Part shown: positions 52,925-61,529 of the stretch, one piece after another
How positions within the stretch are numbered: the stretch's first letter is position 1
Layout: every line of letters begins with the position of its first letter
Assembly: GCA_963778655.1 (NCBI GenBank)
Contig: CAVZVA010000005.1
Coordinates: 640,001 to 704,000, forward strand
From: an uncultured delta proteobacterium
GTDB taxonomy: Bacteria; Myxococcota_A; Polyangia; Polyangiales; JAFGIB01
Length of the DNA: 64,000 nucleotides
Direction of reading: 5' to 3'
Translations under genes and position numbers: made by a program
The notes under the pieces: generated by a model
The model's database searches: none
The model's input: only the letters and a program-made list of their open reading frames with translations
What the model was told of the DNA's origin: nothing

Positions 52925-52950
52925 CGAGACCCTGGCGGTGCGCGTCCCGG

Positions 52951-52977
52951 GCGGGCGGGGCGGCTGCCCGCTTTTTT
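52951..52977 (+). terminator. Intrinsic-terminator-like hairpin
   Basis: GCGGGCGG-ggcgg-CTGCCCGC followed by TTTTTT; no + strand gene ends nearby. Confidence 0.4.
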
Positions 52978-53089
52978 GCCCTTCCGGCGGCTGCCTGCCA
53001 CCATAGTTAAGCGACGTAGTCGTTCCTTGACAACCGGGAGAACGCGCGCGGTGGCGGCGGGCCAGCGAGATCGGAGAGCCGATCCGGAA

Positions 53090-53176
53090 GACATATCAAT
53101 GACATATAATTTAGACTTAACTTTGAGGAAATTTAGCTGAACTTGCTTGACCCTGGCCAGCCGTGGGGCCTAACAT
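53090..53176 (+). promoter_or_regulatory. Promoter region of the HTH-pilMNOPQ operon
   Basis: AT-rich tract with direct repeat GACATATCAAT-GACATATAAT; TTGACC-N18-TAACAT. Confidence 0.55.
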
Positions 53177-53229
53177 ACTAGACGGGCCTGGCAGAGGCCT
53201 TCGGGTGCTCTCCGACCGGCCCTTCGACC

Positions 53230-53628
53230 ATGGAGCAGAACACGAAGTCCATGGATGTGACGGCTGCTTCGGCGGAGACGTCGGCGGAGGAGGCTCCTGC
53301 GCCGAGCGGGAGCAAGCTCACCAAGAAACGGGCGGCCGATTGGGCTAGCCGGGGCTCGGCAGGTGGCAGCACCAAGTCGTCCTCGGCAGGCGAGGCCAAG
53401 CCGGTCAAGGCGGGCAAGGCGGGCAAGAAGACGAATCGAGTCCGGCAGACTCGGATCGAGCGGATGATGTCGAAGGCGGAGCTGGCACGGCGCGCGGGAG
53501 TCTCGGTGTTGACGATCGACCGGGTCGAGAAGGGCCTCGGTTGTCGAATGGATACCAAGCGTAAGATCTTGGAGGCCCTCGGTGGCAGTCTCGCCGATCG
53601 CGTGCGTGTGTTCGGCGAGGAGGAGTGA
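53230..53628 (+). CDS. XRE-family HTH protein upstream of pilM
   Basis: NRVRQTRIERMMSKAELARRAGVSVLTIDRVEKGLGCRMDTKRKILEALG; disordered N-terminal extension. Confidence 0.85.
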   Translation: MEQNTKSMDVTAASAETSAEEAPAPSGSKLTKKRAADWASRGSAGGSTKSSSAGEAKPVKAGKAGKKTNRVRQTRIERMMSKAELARRAGVSVLTIDRVEKGLGCRMDTKRKILEALGGSLADRVRVFGEEE

Positions 53629-53637
53629 TGCCGGTAC

Positions 53638-54696
53638 ATGGCCTCGGAAGGTAAGAACCTCGTCGGCGTCGATATCGGCACGACTTCGATCAAGCTCTGC
53701 GAGGTCCGCGAGGACCGCAAGGGCAACCGAGCGCTGACGCGATTCGGTTTTCACCCCTTGCCGCCGCAGACCATCGTCGACGGCCACATCATGAACGCGG
53801 GGGCGATCGTCGACGGCCTGGACCGGCTGTTCCACAAGGTCAAACGCCGCGACGTGGCTCTGCGCGTCAGCGGCCACAGCGTGATTATCAAGAAGATCAC
53901 CATGCCGGTCATGACCGCTGCGGAGCTGGCTGAGCAGATCAACTGGGAGGCCGAGCAACACATCCCGTTCGAGCTGGCGGACGTTCAGATCGATTATCAG
54001 GTCGTCAGCCGCCGCGAGGATCAGGGGCAGATGGATGTCCTGCTGGTAGCCGCGAAGAAGGAGGAGATCGGTGACCTCACCAACCTCGCGATCGAGGCCA
54101 AGCTCAGGCCGCGCGTAGTCGACCTCGACGCGTTCACGGTGCAGAACTGCTACGAGGCGGCATACGGCTCGCCGCCGGCCGATCAGACCATCGTGCTGTT
54201 GCACGTAGGGGCGTCGCTGACGACGCTGAACATTCTCTCGCAAGGCACGACCGCATTCACGCGCGACGTGGTCAATGGCGGCAACGCCATCACCGAAGAG
54301 ATCCAGCGCCAGCTCGGTGTCAGCCAGGAAGAGGCCGAGGCGTACAAGTGCGGCACTGCCGCGGGCATGGTCCCCGACGAGGTGCCGAACATCGTGCGCG
54401 ACGTGGTCGAGACGCTCGCGGGCGAAATCCAGCGCTCGTTGGACTTCTACCTGGCCACCAGCGGCGATCGAGAAATCAACAAGGTCTACATCTCGGGGGG
54501 CACGGCCAATGTGCCCGCGCTGCACGAAGAGATCGCCGAACGTTGTCAGGTGGACGTGCTGCCGCTCGATCCGTTGTTGGTGGCTCAACCCGATCCGAAG
54601 AGCGTCGATCCGGTGGCATTACAGGGCAGGACCGCGCAAGCGGTGGTCGCTTACGGGCTCGCCTTGCGGCGCGAGCGGGAGCGCAGGCCGTCATGA
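53638..54696 (+). CDS. pilM: Type IV pilus assembly protein PilM
   Basis: VGVDIGTTSIK, EAEQHIPF, VLLVAAKKE, EIQRSLDFY, ISGGTA. Confidence 0.96.
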   Translation: MASEGKNLVGVDIGTTSIKLCEVREDRKGNRALTRFGFHPLPPQTIVDGHIMNAGAIVDGLDRLFHKVKRRDVALRVSGHSVIIKKITMPVMTAAELAEQINWEAEQHIPFELADVQIDYQVVSRREDQGQMDVLLVAAKKEEIGDLTNLAIEAKLRPRVVDLDAFTVQNCYEAAYGSPPADQTIVLLHVGASLTTLNILSQGTTAFTRDVVNGGNAITEEIQRQLGVSQEEAEAYKCGTAAGMVPDEVPNIVRDVVETLAGEIQRSLDFYLATSGDREINKVYISGGTANVPALHEEIAERCQVDVLPLDPLLVAQPDPKSVDPVALQGRTAQAVVAYGLALRRERERRPS

Positions 54697-55334
54697 TCCG
54701 CATCAACCTGCTGCCCGAAGCCAAGCGCCAGGTAAGCACCGGCGGCAGCGCGCAGCTCTGGGGCGTCGTCTATTTGCTGTCGTGCTTCGGCTGGGGCGTG
54801 GTGCTGTTCCTGGTCTACCTCAGCTACAAGAACATCTACGAGGAGCAGAACGCCAAGAACGAGGAGCTCCAGGCGCAGATCAATCGAGCCAAGTCTCAGA
54901 CAGAGAACATTGGCGACGTGGAGGCCAAGCTCGCCAAGAGCAAGCAGCTCGAGGATGTGGTCGGGGGATTGCAGGCCGCGAGACAGGGGCCCGCGCGCGT
55001 GATGATGGAGCTCAGCAAGATCCTGAGCGAAGGCGGTGGACCGACGGTCCCGCAGGACAAGCTCGATGCGCTACGGCGGGACAATCCGTTGCTGGTCTAC
55101 AACCCCGGCTGGGATGTGCGCCGGCTGTGGCTCGAGAGCTTCGAGGAGACCAACCGCCAGTGCATCATCGTGGGCGACGGCAAGACGAACGAGGACGTCG
55201 CCGAGTTCCTGCGGCGGCTCACCGTCTCCGACATCTTCAACAAAGTGACGCTGCAGAGCACCGCCGCGTCGACTGATGCCAAGTCCGACCTCTCCACCGT
55301 TCAATTCAAGCTCAGCTGCGAGATCAAGTACTGA
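54693..55334 (+). CDS. pilN: Type IV pilus assembly protein PilN
   Basis: MIRINLLP N-terminus, TM helix, coiled coil; position in the operon. Confidence 0.93.
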   Translation: MIRINLLPEAKRQVSTGGSAQLWGVVYLLSCFGWGVVLFLVYLSYKNIYEEQNAKNEELQAQINRAKSQTENIGDVEAKLAKSKQLEDVVGGLQAARQGPARVMMELSKILSEGGGPTVPQDKLDALRRDNPLLVYNPGWDVRRLWLESFEETNRQCIIVGDGKTNEDVAEFLRRLTVSDIFNKVTLQSTAASTDAKSDLSTVQFKLSCEIKY

Positions 55335-55336
55335 GT

Positions 55337-55915
55337 ATGGCACCCAAGCTACCCACCGGCGGTTTCGCGCAGCTCCCGATCGCAGGGAAGCTATTCTTGC
55401 TCGTCCTGCTCCTCGGCGTGCTCTCCGCGGGCTACTACGCCGGCGTGCACTCGGGGCTCGAGGAGGAAACCGAGGCGGCCAGGCGTACGCACGACGCGCT
55501 CGAGCAACAGCTCAAGCAGGCTCACGATCGTCAGAAGGAGTACCTCAAGCTTCGCGAGGAGGTCACGGCGCGCGAGGCGCTCGACCGACAGAACCTGCGC
55601 ATTCTTCCGGTCACCGCGGAGATCGCGTCGTTTCTGGACGACCTCAACCGACTTGCCGAGCTCAGCGGCCTTCGGATGGAGCAAGTCCAGCCGTCGCCGG
55701 AGCAGGCCGAGAAGTTCTTCATCAAGGTTCCGGTCGTCCTGCAGATTCAGGGCCGCTTCCACGAGCTGGCGAAGTTCTTCTACAACATCAGCCGCCTTGA
55801 GCGAGCGATCAACATGGAAGACATCAAGGTCCATGTCGCCGAGAGGCATCCGGACGGCGAGGTCGAGCTTGCAGTCAACGTGCGAGCGACCACGTTTCGC
55901 AGGAAACCAGAATAG
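55337..55915 (+). CDS. pilO: Type IV pilus assembly protein PilO
   Basis: TM plus coiled coil, LP...EIASFL, GRFHELAKFF..ISRLERAIN, ATTFR. Confidence 0.93.
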   Translation: MAPKLPTGGFAQLPIAGKLFLLVLLLGVLSAGYYAGVHSGLEEETEAARRTHDALEQQLKQAHDRQKEYLKLREEVTAREALDRQNLRILPVTAEIASFLDDLNRLAELSGLRMEQVQPSPEQAEKFFIKVPVVLQIQGRFHELAKFFYNISRLERAINMEDIKVHVAERHPDGEVELAVNVRATTFRRKPE

Positions 55916-55933
55916 GCGGACGGCGAGGGAACC

Positions 55934-56530
55934 ATGATGGCTGGATTGATCGACGCGCGGCGTGGTTGGCTCGACGTGGCGCTCGTGATCGCGCTGGCAG
56001 GAGCCGCCATGGGCCTGCAGGCGTGCAGCGATGTGGAGCGATCGAGCGGGCGCGGCGCCGGCGGGGGCGGCGCAAAACCCAAGGCCGCCTCGGCAGATGC
56101 CGAGAAGAAGGCCCGCGAGCCCCTCGTGCTCAAGGATGAGGACTTCGTCGAATCCCTTCGCAACCGCGATCCGTTTCGCAGCTACTCGCTGGCATTCCGC
56201 GCCAGGGCGCCCGAGGAGATGCAGCGTCGGGTGATCATGCCGCTGACCGGTGTCGAGGAGATGCGCCTGATCGCGATTGTGACCGGGTTGCCCCGGCCCA
56301 AGGCAATGTTGGTCGATCCTTCGGGGGTCGGTTACGTGGTGGAGCGCGGCGACTACATCGGGCGGCCGAAGGTCATTCAGGCCACCGGAAGCGTCTCCAT
56401 GACGCTGAACTGGCGAGTCGATCGGATTCGCGAAAACGAGGTCGTCCTCACCCAGCAGGATCCGACCGATCCCACGCGCACGGCGCTGACCAAGATCATC
56501 CCGCTCCGGGATGAGGTCGCCCAGAAGTAG
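55934..56530 (+). CDS. pilP: Type IV pilus lipoprotein PilP
   Basis: LQAC lipobox, RDPFRS, LIAIVTG..KAMLVDPSG.GYVV.RGDYIG. Confidence 0.92.
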   Translation: MMAGLIDARRGWLDVALVIALAGAAMGLQACSDVERSSGRGAGGGGAKPKAASADAEKKAREPLVLKDEDFVESLRNRDPFRSYSLAFRARAPEEMQRRVIMPLTGVEEMRLIAIVTGLPRPKAMLVDPSGVGYVVERGDYIGRPKVIQATGSVSMTLNWRVDRIRENEVVLTQQDPTDPTRTALTKIIPLRDEVAQK

Positions 56531-56794
56531 CGCGCGGGGCGCCGCACTGCTGCACGCGACCTTGCGCTCTCGGAAGACCGCGTGCGGCGCCGCGGACCTC
56601 GCATGGCGTTCGCCATACGGACGCGGGCGGGACGTCATGCTCGGGACGTGCGACCGCCTTGCGCGGTCTCTGGCTTCCAGCGTGAGTGGCGCTGCCGAGC
56701 TTTCTCGTGCCGGTCGCGCAGCAGGTCACCCGTTTTTTTGCCGTTTGGGGGCGACCCGGCGGAAGATCACGTCGTCGTCAGACAGGAGAGCTCC

Positions 56795-58972
56795 ATGCGT
56801 TTGCTGCGCGGCTTTTTGACACTTCTCTTGGCGCTAGCGTCGGCTGCCGCCGTTCACGCGGACGCGGCCAGCCCGATCGTCGCAAAGCTGCGGATCAAGG
56901 GCGAGAAGCAGCATGCGGAGGTCACGGTGGACGGATCCTTCGCGATGCCCGTCTACTCGATCCACTCGCACAAGGACGGCCGCGAGGTGGTTGTGGACGT
57001 CGAAGGTGCGACGCTCGCCCCGGGCGGCGTCGAGGTCGAGGGCACGGCCGCGCTGATCGTTCAGAGCGCCGCGAGCACGACCGCCAAAGGGGTGCACGTC
57101 GTGCTTCAGCTGACCCACCCCGCGAGGTATCGGGCGCGCAGCGAGCGCGGTGAGATCGCGATCTCCTTCGATGCCGGCGAGACCGAGGCCGAGGCGGATG
57201 CGCCGGCGGTGGACACCTCGCCGGCCGAGATTCGACACGTGATCATCGAGCGGCGCAATGGCCGCGATCGGCTGGTGGTCGAGCTCAACCATCCGGCGCC
57301 GTTCCGCGTGCTGCCCGGGAGCAAGGGCCCGGCACGGCTCGAGATCAGCGGCGCTCACGTCGGCGCGGACGCAGCGCGCCATCTCGAAGGCGATTCCGCT
57401 TCGGCGATCAGAAGCGCGGACCTGATCGAGGACGCGGGTCGCACGACCATTACGGTACAGCCCAACGCCGACGCGGGTTCCAGCGCGACCGCCCTGCGCG
57501 AGGGCAATCGTATCGTCTGGCTGTTTGCGCCGCCTGAGCTTCCGCCCGAGCGCGGCCGGCAGGTGGAGACCGTGGCCAAGGAGCCCGCGGTCGAGGTCGA
57601 CGGCGAGCAGGTGGCTGCGTTTCTTAGCGACGTGCCGATGCAAATCGGTCCGGCGCGAGAGCGCGGCAAGTACACCGGTCGCCGGATCGATCTCGATTTG
57701 AAGAACGCCGACGTTCACAACGTGCTGCGACTGCTCGCGGAGGTCGGCAACGTAAACGTGATTACGGCCGACGACGTCACCGGCTCGGTCACCATCAAGA
57801 TGAAGAACGTGCCCTGGGACCAGGCACTCGACGTGATTCTGACGGCGAAGGGCCTGGGCATGGTGCGGCGCGGCAACTTGCTGCGGGTGGCGCCCCAGGC
57901 CGTGCTCGAAAAGGAGCGCGAGATGGCGATCGCGCGCCAGAAGCAGCAGATCGAGCTGGCGCCGCTCGAGACGCGTCTGATCCCCGTCAGCTACGCGACG
58001 GCGGACACGCTGTCGGGGAGGGTCAAGGAGCTGCTCTCGCCGCGCGGCTCGGTCTCTGTCGATACGCGCACCAACATTCTCGTCGTGCGGGACGTCAGCG
58101 AGAATCTGGACGACGTCGAGGAGCTGGTCCGGCGGCTCGATAGCCAGACGCCGCAGGTCTTGATCGAGGCGCGCATCGTGGAAGCCACCACCTCGTTCAC
58201 GCACGAGGTGGGCATCCAGTGGGGCGGCAGCATGATCATGAGCTCCGCAACCGGCAATCCCACCGGACTGGTTTTTCCGCACGATCTGTCGGTCGCTGGT
58301 GGTGCGAGCGACGGCCAGAGCCCCACCGCCGGCCTGTCGCCGTTCGCTGCCTCGGTGCCCAATCCGAACTACGTGGTGAACTTTCCCGCGCCGGCTGGCA
58401 CCGGTCAGGGCGGCGCGCTCGGTCTCTCGCTGGGAAGCCTCGCCGGCAACTTCAACCTCGCGGTGCGGCTCTCGGCCTTCGAGACTACGGGCCATGTCCG
58501 CATCATCAGCTCGCCGCGCATTCTCACCCTGGACAACCACGCGGCGACGATCGCGCAGGGCACCTCGATTCCGTATTCGCAGGTCAGCGCTCAGGGCGTG
58601 CAGACGGCCTTTCAGGAGGCAAAGCTCTCGCTCAACGTGACCCCTCACGTGACCAGCGACGGCGCCGTGTCGATGAAAGTCATCATCACGCGCGATGAGC
58701 CGGACTTCAATCAGCGCAGCGCGCGCGGCGATCCCACCATTCTCAAGCGCAACGCGAGCACCAGCCTGCTGGTGCAGGACGGCCACACCGCGGTCATCGG
58801 CGGCATCTACACCCGCAACACCGGTTACGGTCTGAGCCAGGTGCCACTGTTCGGCGACATTCCGATCATCGGCATCCTGTTCCGGCACACCACCAACCGG
58901 GATGCGCGCAACGAGCTGTTGATCTTCCTGACGCCGCGCATCGTGAATCGCAGTGAGGCGTTCAACCGCTGA
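56795..58972 (+). CDS. pilQ: Type IV pilus secretin PilQ (with N-terminal AMIN-like domains)
   Basis: AGGAG SD; YTGRRIDLDLKNAD, NVPWDQALD, QVLIEARIVEA, VPLFGDIPIIGILFR, ELLIFLTPRI. Confidence 0.96.
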   Translation: MRLLRGFLTLLLALASAAAVHADAASPIVAKLRIKGEKQHAEVTVDGSFAMPVYSIHSHKDGREVVVDVEGATLAPGGVEVEGTAALIVQSAASTTAKGVHVVLQLTHPARYRARSERGEIAISFDAGETEAEADAPAVDTSPAEIRHVIIERRNGRDRLVVELNHPAPFRVLPGSKGPARLEISGAHVGADAARHLEGDSASAIRSADLIEDAGRTTITVQPNADAGSSATALREGNRIVWLFAPPELPPERGRQVETVAKEPAVEVDGEQVAAFLSDVPMQIGPARERGKYTGRRIDLDLKNADVHNVLRLLAEVGNVNVITADDVTGSVTIKMKNVPWDQALDVILTAKGLGMVRRGNLLRVAPQAVLEKEREMAIARQKQQIELAPLETRLIPVSYATADTLSGRVKELLSPRGSVSVDTRTNILVVRDVSENLDDVEELVRRLDSQTPQVLIEARIVEATTSFTHEVGIQWGGSMIMSSATGNPTGLVFPHDLSVAGGASDGQSPTAGLSPFAASVPNPNYVVNFPAPAGTGQGGALGLSLGSLAGNFNLAVRLSAFETTGHVRIISSPRILTLDNHAATIAQGTSIPYSQVSAQGVQTAFQEAKLSLNVTPHVTSDGAVSMKVIITRDEPDFNQRSARGDPTILKRNASTSLLVQDGHTAVIGGIYTRNTGYGLSQVPLFGDIPIIGILFRHTTNRDARNELLIFLTPRIVNRSEAFNR

Positions 58973-59086
58973 CGGCGGAGAGGAGCCCGCAGCGGCGCGC
59001 CCCGCCCGGATCTGGTGCGCCTGAGGGTGCCCGGGCGGGGCGTTGTGCACCCTGCTAGACTGGGTGCTCGAAAGGACCGCCAACGC

Positions 59087-60664
59087 TTGCGCATCTTCTT
59101 GTCAGGACCCATGGGCAGCGGGAAGTCGACGCTGGCCCGCGCGCTGGCCGCCGAGGGGGGGCTGCCGGTGTGGGACCTGGACGAGCTGGTCGCCTCGCGC
59201 GCAGGCGTCACGGTCGCGCAGCTGTTTGCAGAGCGCGGGGAGGTCGGCTTTCGCGCGCTGGAGCGGCAGACGCTGCGCGGCCTGATGGCCGAGCAGCGTC
59301 ACGGCGTGGTCGCGCTCGGCGGCGGAACCGTGACCGATGACGCGCTGCGCCGCGAGCTGCTGCGGCTGGGCACCCTGATCACGCTGCGCGCTGCGCCCGA
59401 GGAGCTGGCTCGTCGCGTGGACAGCGGTGAGGGACGGCCCTTGCTGGCGGGGCCAGACGTGCTGGGCAGCTTGCAGCAGCTGCTGCGCGCGCGGGCCCCC
59501 GCGTATGCGGAGTGCCATGCGGAGATCGACACGCAGGGGCGCGACCTGGGCCAGCTCGCCCGGGAAGCGCTGGCGGTGGCGTCGGCGGGTGCGATCGTGG
59601 TTCCGCTCGGGCTGCGCAGCTATCGGGTGGAGGTTGCTGCCGGCTGTCGCTTCCGGGCGAAGGAGCGGACTGCGGCGATCAGCGGCGGCGGCCCGGTGGT
59701 GCTGGTGAGCGACGAGATCGTCGGCCCCGTTTGGGGCGCGCCGCTGGCCGCCGCGTTGCGCGCGATTGGCAACCGGCTGATCGAGGTCACCCTGCCCGCG
59801 GGCGAGCAGCACAAGACGCTGCGAAGCGTGGAGCGAATCTGGGATGCAGCGCTGACAGGCGGGGTCGATCGCGGGAGCGTCGTGATCTCGGTCTGCGGCG
59901 GTGTGGTCGGAGACCTGAGCGGCTTCGCCGCATCGACGCTGCTGCGCGGTCTGCCGGTGGGCCACGTTCCGACCACGCTGCTCTCGATGGTGGACAGCGC
60001 GATCGGCGGCAAGACGGGATTCGACACCCCGCACGGCAAGAACCTGCTCGGCAGCTTTCACCAGCCGGGCTTCGTCTTGTGCGACGTCGAAGTGCTGGCG
60101 ACCCTGCCGCAGGCCGAGCGCATCGCGGGGCTTGCGGAGGTGGTCAAGTCGGCATGGATCGAGGGCGAGGAGGCGGTCGCCGGGCTCGAGCGAGACGCTG
60201 CGGCATTGCTGGCCGGCGATGCGGCTGCCACCGAGCGCGCGATCCGCATGTCCGCATCGATGAAGGCGAGGATCGTGAGCGAGGACGAGCGAGAGGCCGG
60301 CGCGCGCGCGCTGCTCAATCTCGGCCACACCGTGGGTCACGCGATCGAAGCCGCCCTCGACTACCGCGGCATCCGACATGGCGAAGCCGTGGCGTTGGGC
60401 ATGGTCGCGGCGTTCCGGGTGGCCTGCCGTCTGGGCCGCGCGCAGGCCGGTGACGTCGAGCGCGTGACCCGACTGCTCCAGGCGTTCGGTCTGCCCACCG
60501 ACGTGGACACGCACCTTCACCAGCGCACCCTGTCGTTTCTCGGATCGGACAAGAAGCGGCGCGCCGGACAGATCACCTTCGTGCTCCCGGCCGGGCCCGG
60601 CGAGGTCGCGCTGCAGTCGCTGCCGCTCGCACGCCTGCCGGAGCTGTTGAGATCCGCGTCCTGA
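59087..60664 (+). CDS. aroKB: Bifunctional shikimate kinase / 3-dehydroquinate synthase (AroK-AroB fusion)
   Basis: GPMGSGKS, ALGGG, GRPLL (AroK); GEQHK, GGVVGD, PTTLLSMVDSAIGGKTG, LNLGHTVGHAIE, HGEAVA (AroB). Confidence 0.92.
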   Translation: MRIFLSGPMGSGKSTLARALAAEGGLPVWDLDELVASRAGVTVAQLFAERGEVGFRALERQTLRGLMAEQRHGVVALGGGTVTDDALRRELLRLGTLITLRAAPEELARRVDSGEGRPLLAGPDVLGSLQQLLRARAPAYAECHAEIDTQGRDLGQLAREALAVASAGAIVVPLGLRSYRVEVAAGCRFRAKERTAAISGGGPVVLVSDEIVGPVWGAPLAAALRAIGNRLIEVTLPAGEQHKTLRSVERIWDAALTGGVDRGSVVISVCGGVVGDLSGFAASTLLRGLPVGHVPTTLLSMVDSAIGGKTGFDTPHGKNLLGSFHQPGFVLCDVEVLATLPQAERIAGLAEVVKSAWIEGEEAVAGLERDAAALLAGDAAATERAIRMSASMKARIVSEDEREAGARALLNLGHTVGHAIEAALDYRGIRHGEAVALGMVAAFRVACRLGRAQAGDVERVTRLLQAFGLPTDVDTHLHQRTLSFLGSDKKRRAGQITFVLPAGPGEVALQSLPLARLPELLRSAS

Positions 60665-60772
60665 GGGGCGGGCGCGCCACGGCTTCTCCAAGTTGGCGTC
60701 AAATTTGGGCGGCGCCCCGGTGCCGAGCTAGAATCCTAGCCCATGGCATGTGTGTTCCCCCGGGAGGTGGCC

Positions 60773-61486
60773 ATGCGCCACGTGTCGCCTGTAATCCCTG
60801 CGCTCGCCGCACTATGGCTCGCCGCGTGCGCGCCCGAGGGGCCGACCGCATTCGTGACGTTCAACGTCGTACCCGACCAGAACTGCCTGGTTTCACCGGA
60901 TGTCGGCGGCAATAAGTTCTACCCGATCGGCCACTACGACATCAGCCCGGGCACGAACGGCGGCTGCGATCACCCCTACGTGGTCAATCTCTTGGTCAAC
61001 AGCTATCTGCGCAGCAACGCGGACACGATGCTGGGTCGCGCCGAGCCGAACATCCTGCAGCTGCACAGCGCCCAGGTCCGCCTGATGACGCTGCAGAAGC
61101 AGACGCTGACGTTCGAAAAGGCCAATCCTCCGCTACCCAACCCGTTCCTGGTCAACACCAACAACTCGCTGTTTCCGGCCGCCGGCACCACGCCCAGCAC
61201 CGGCATCGCGGCGGTCGAGGCGATTCCGAAAGCGTACGCGCCCTACTTGAGCGATTTCGACGGCGCGCAGATCCTGGCCGAGATCCAGATCTACGGCACC
61301 ACGACCGGCGACGTCGACATCAACTTCAAGCCGTTCGTGTATCCGGTCGAAATCTGCGACGGTTGCTTGATCCAGTGTCAGGGCGCGCTCGACGCCGCCA
61401 AAAAGAGCCGCATGGATCTGACGCAGGGTCGCTGCGACGACAACTCGGGCAACGACGATCGGGTGTGCATCGATCCGGACTGCTGA
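60773..61486 (+). CDS. Conserved-type myxobacterial hypothetical lipoprotein (Cys-rich C-terminus)
   Basis: GGGAGG SD, LAAC lipobox, FVYPVEICDGCLI. Confidence 0.7.
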   Translation: MRHVSPVIPALAALWLAACAPEGPTAFVTFNVVPDQNCLVSPDVGGNKFYPIGHYDISPGTNGGCDHPYVVNLLVNSYLRSNADTMLGRAEPNILQLHSAQVRLMTLQKQTLTFEKANPPLPNPFLVNTNNSLFPAAGTTPSTGIAAVEAIPKAYAPYLSDFDGAQILAEIQIYGTTTGDVDINFKPFVYPVEICDGCLIQCQGALDAAKKSRMDLTQGRCDDNSGNDDRVCIDPDC

Positions 61487-61529
61487 GTCGCGGCGTCGCC
61501 CCTGGCTCGCATATCGGCTCGCGCGTCGC

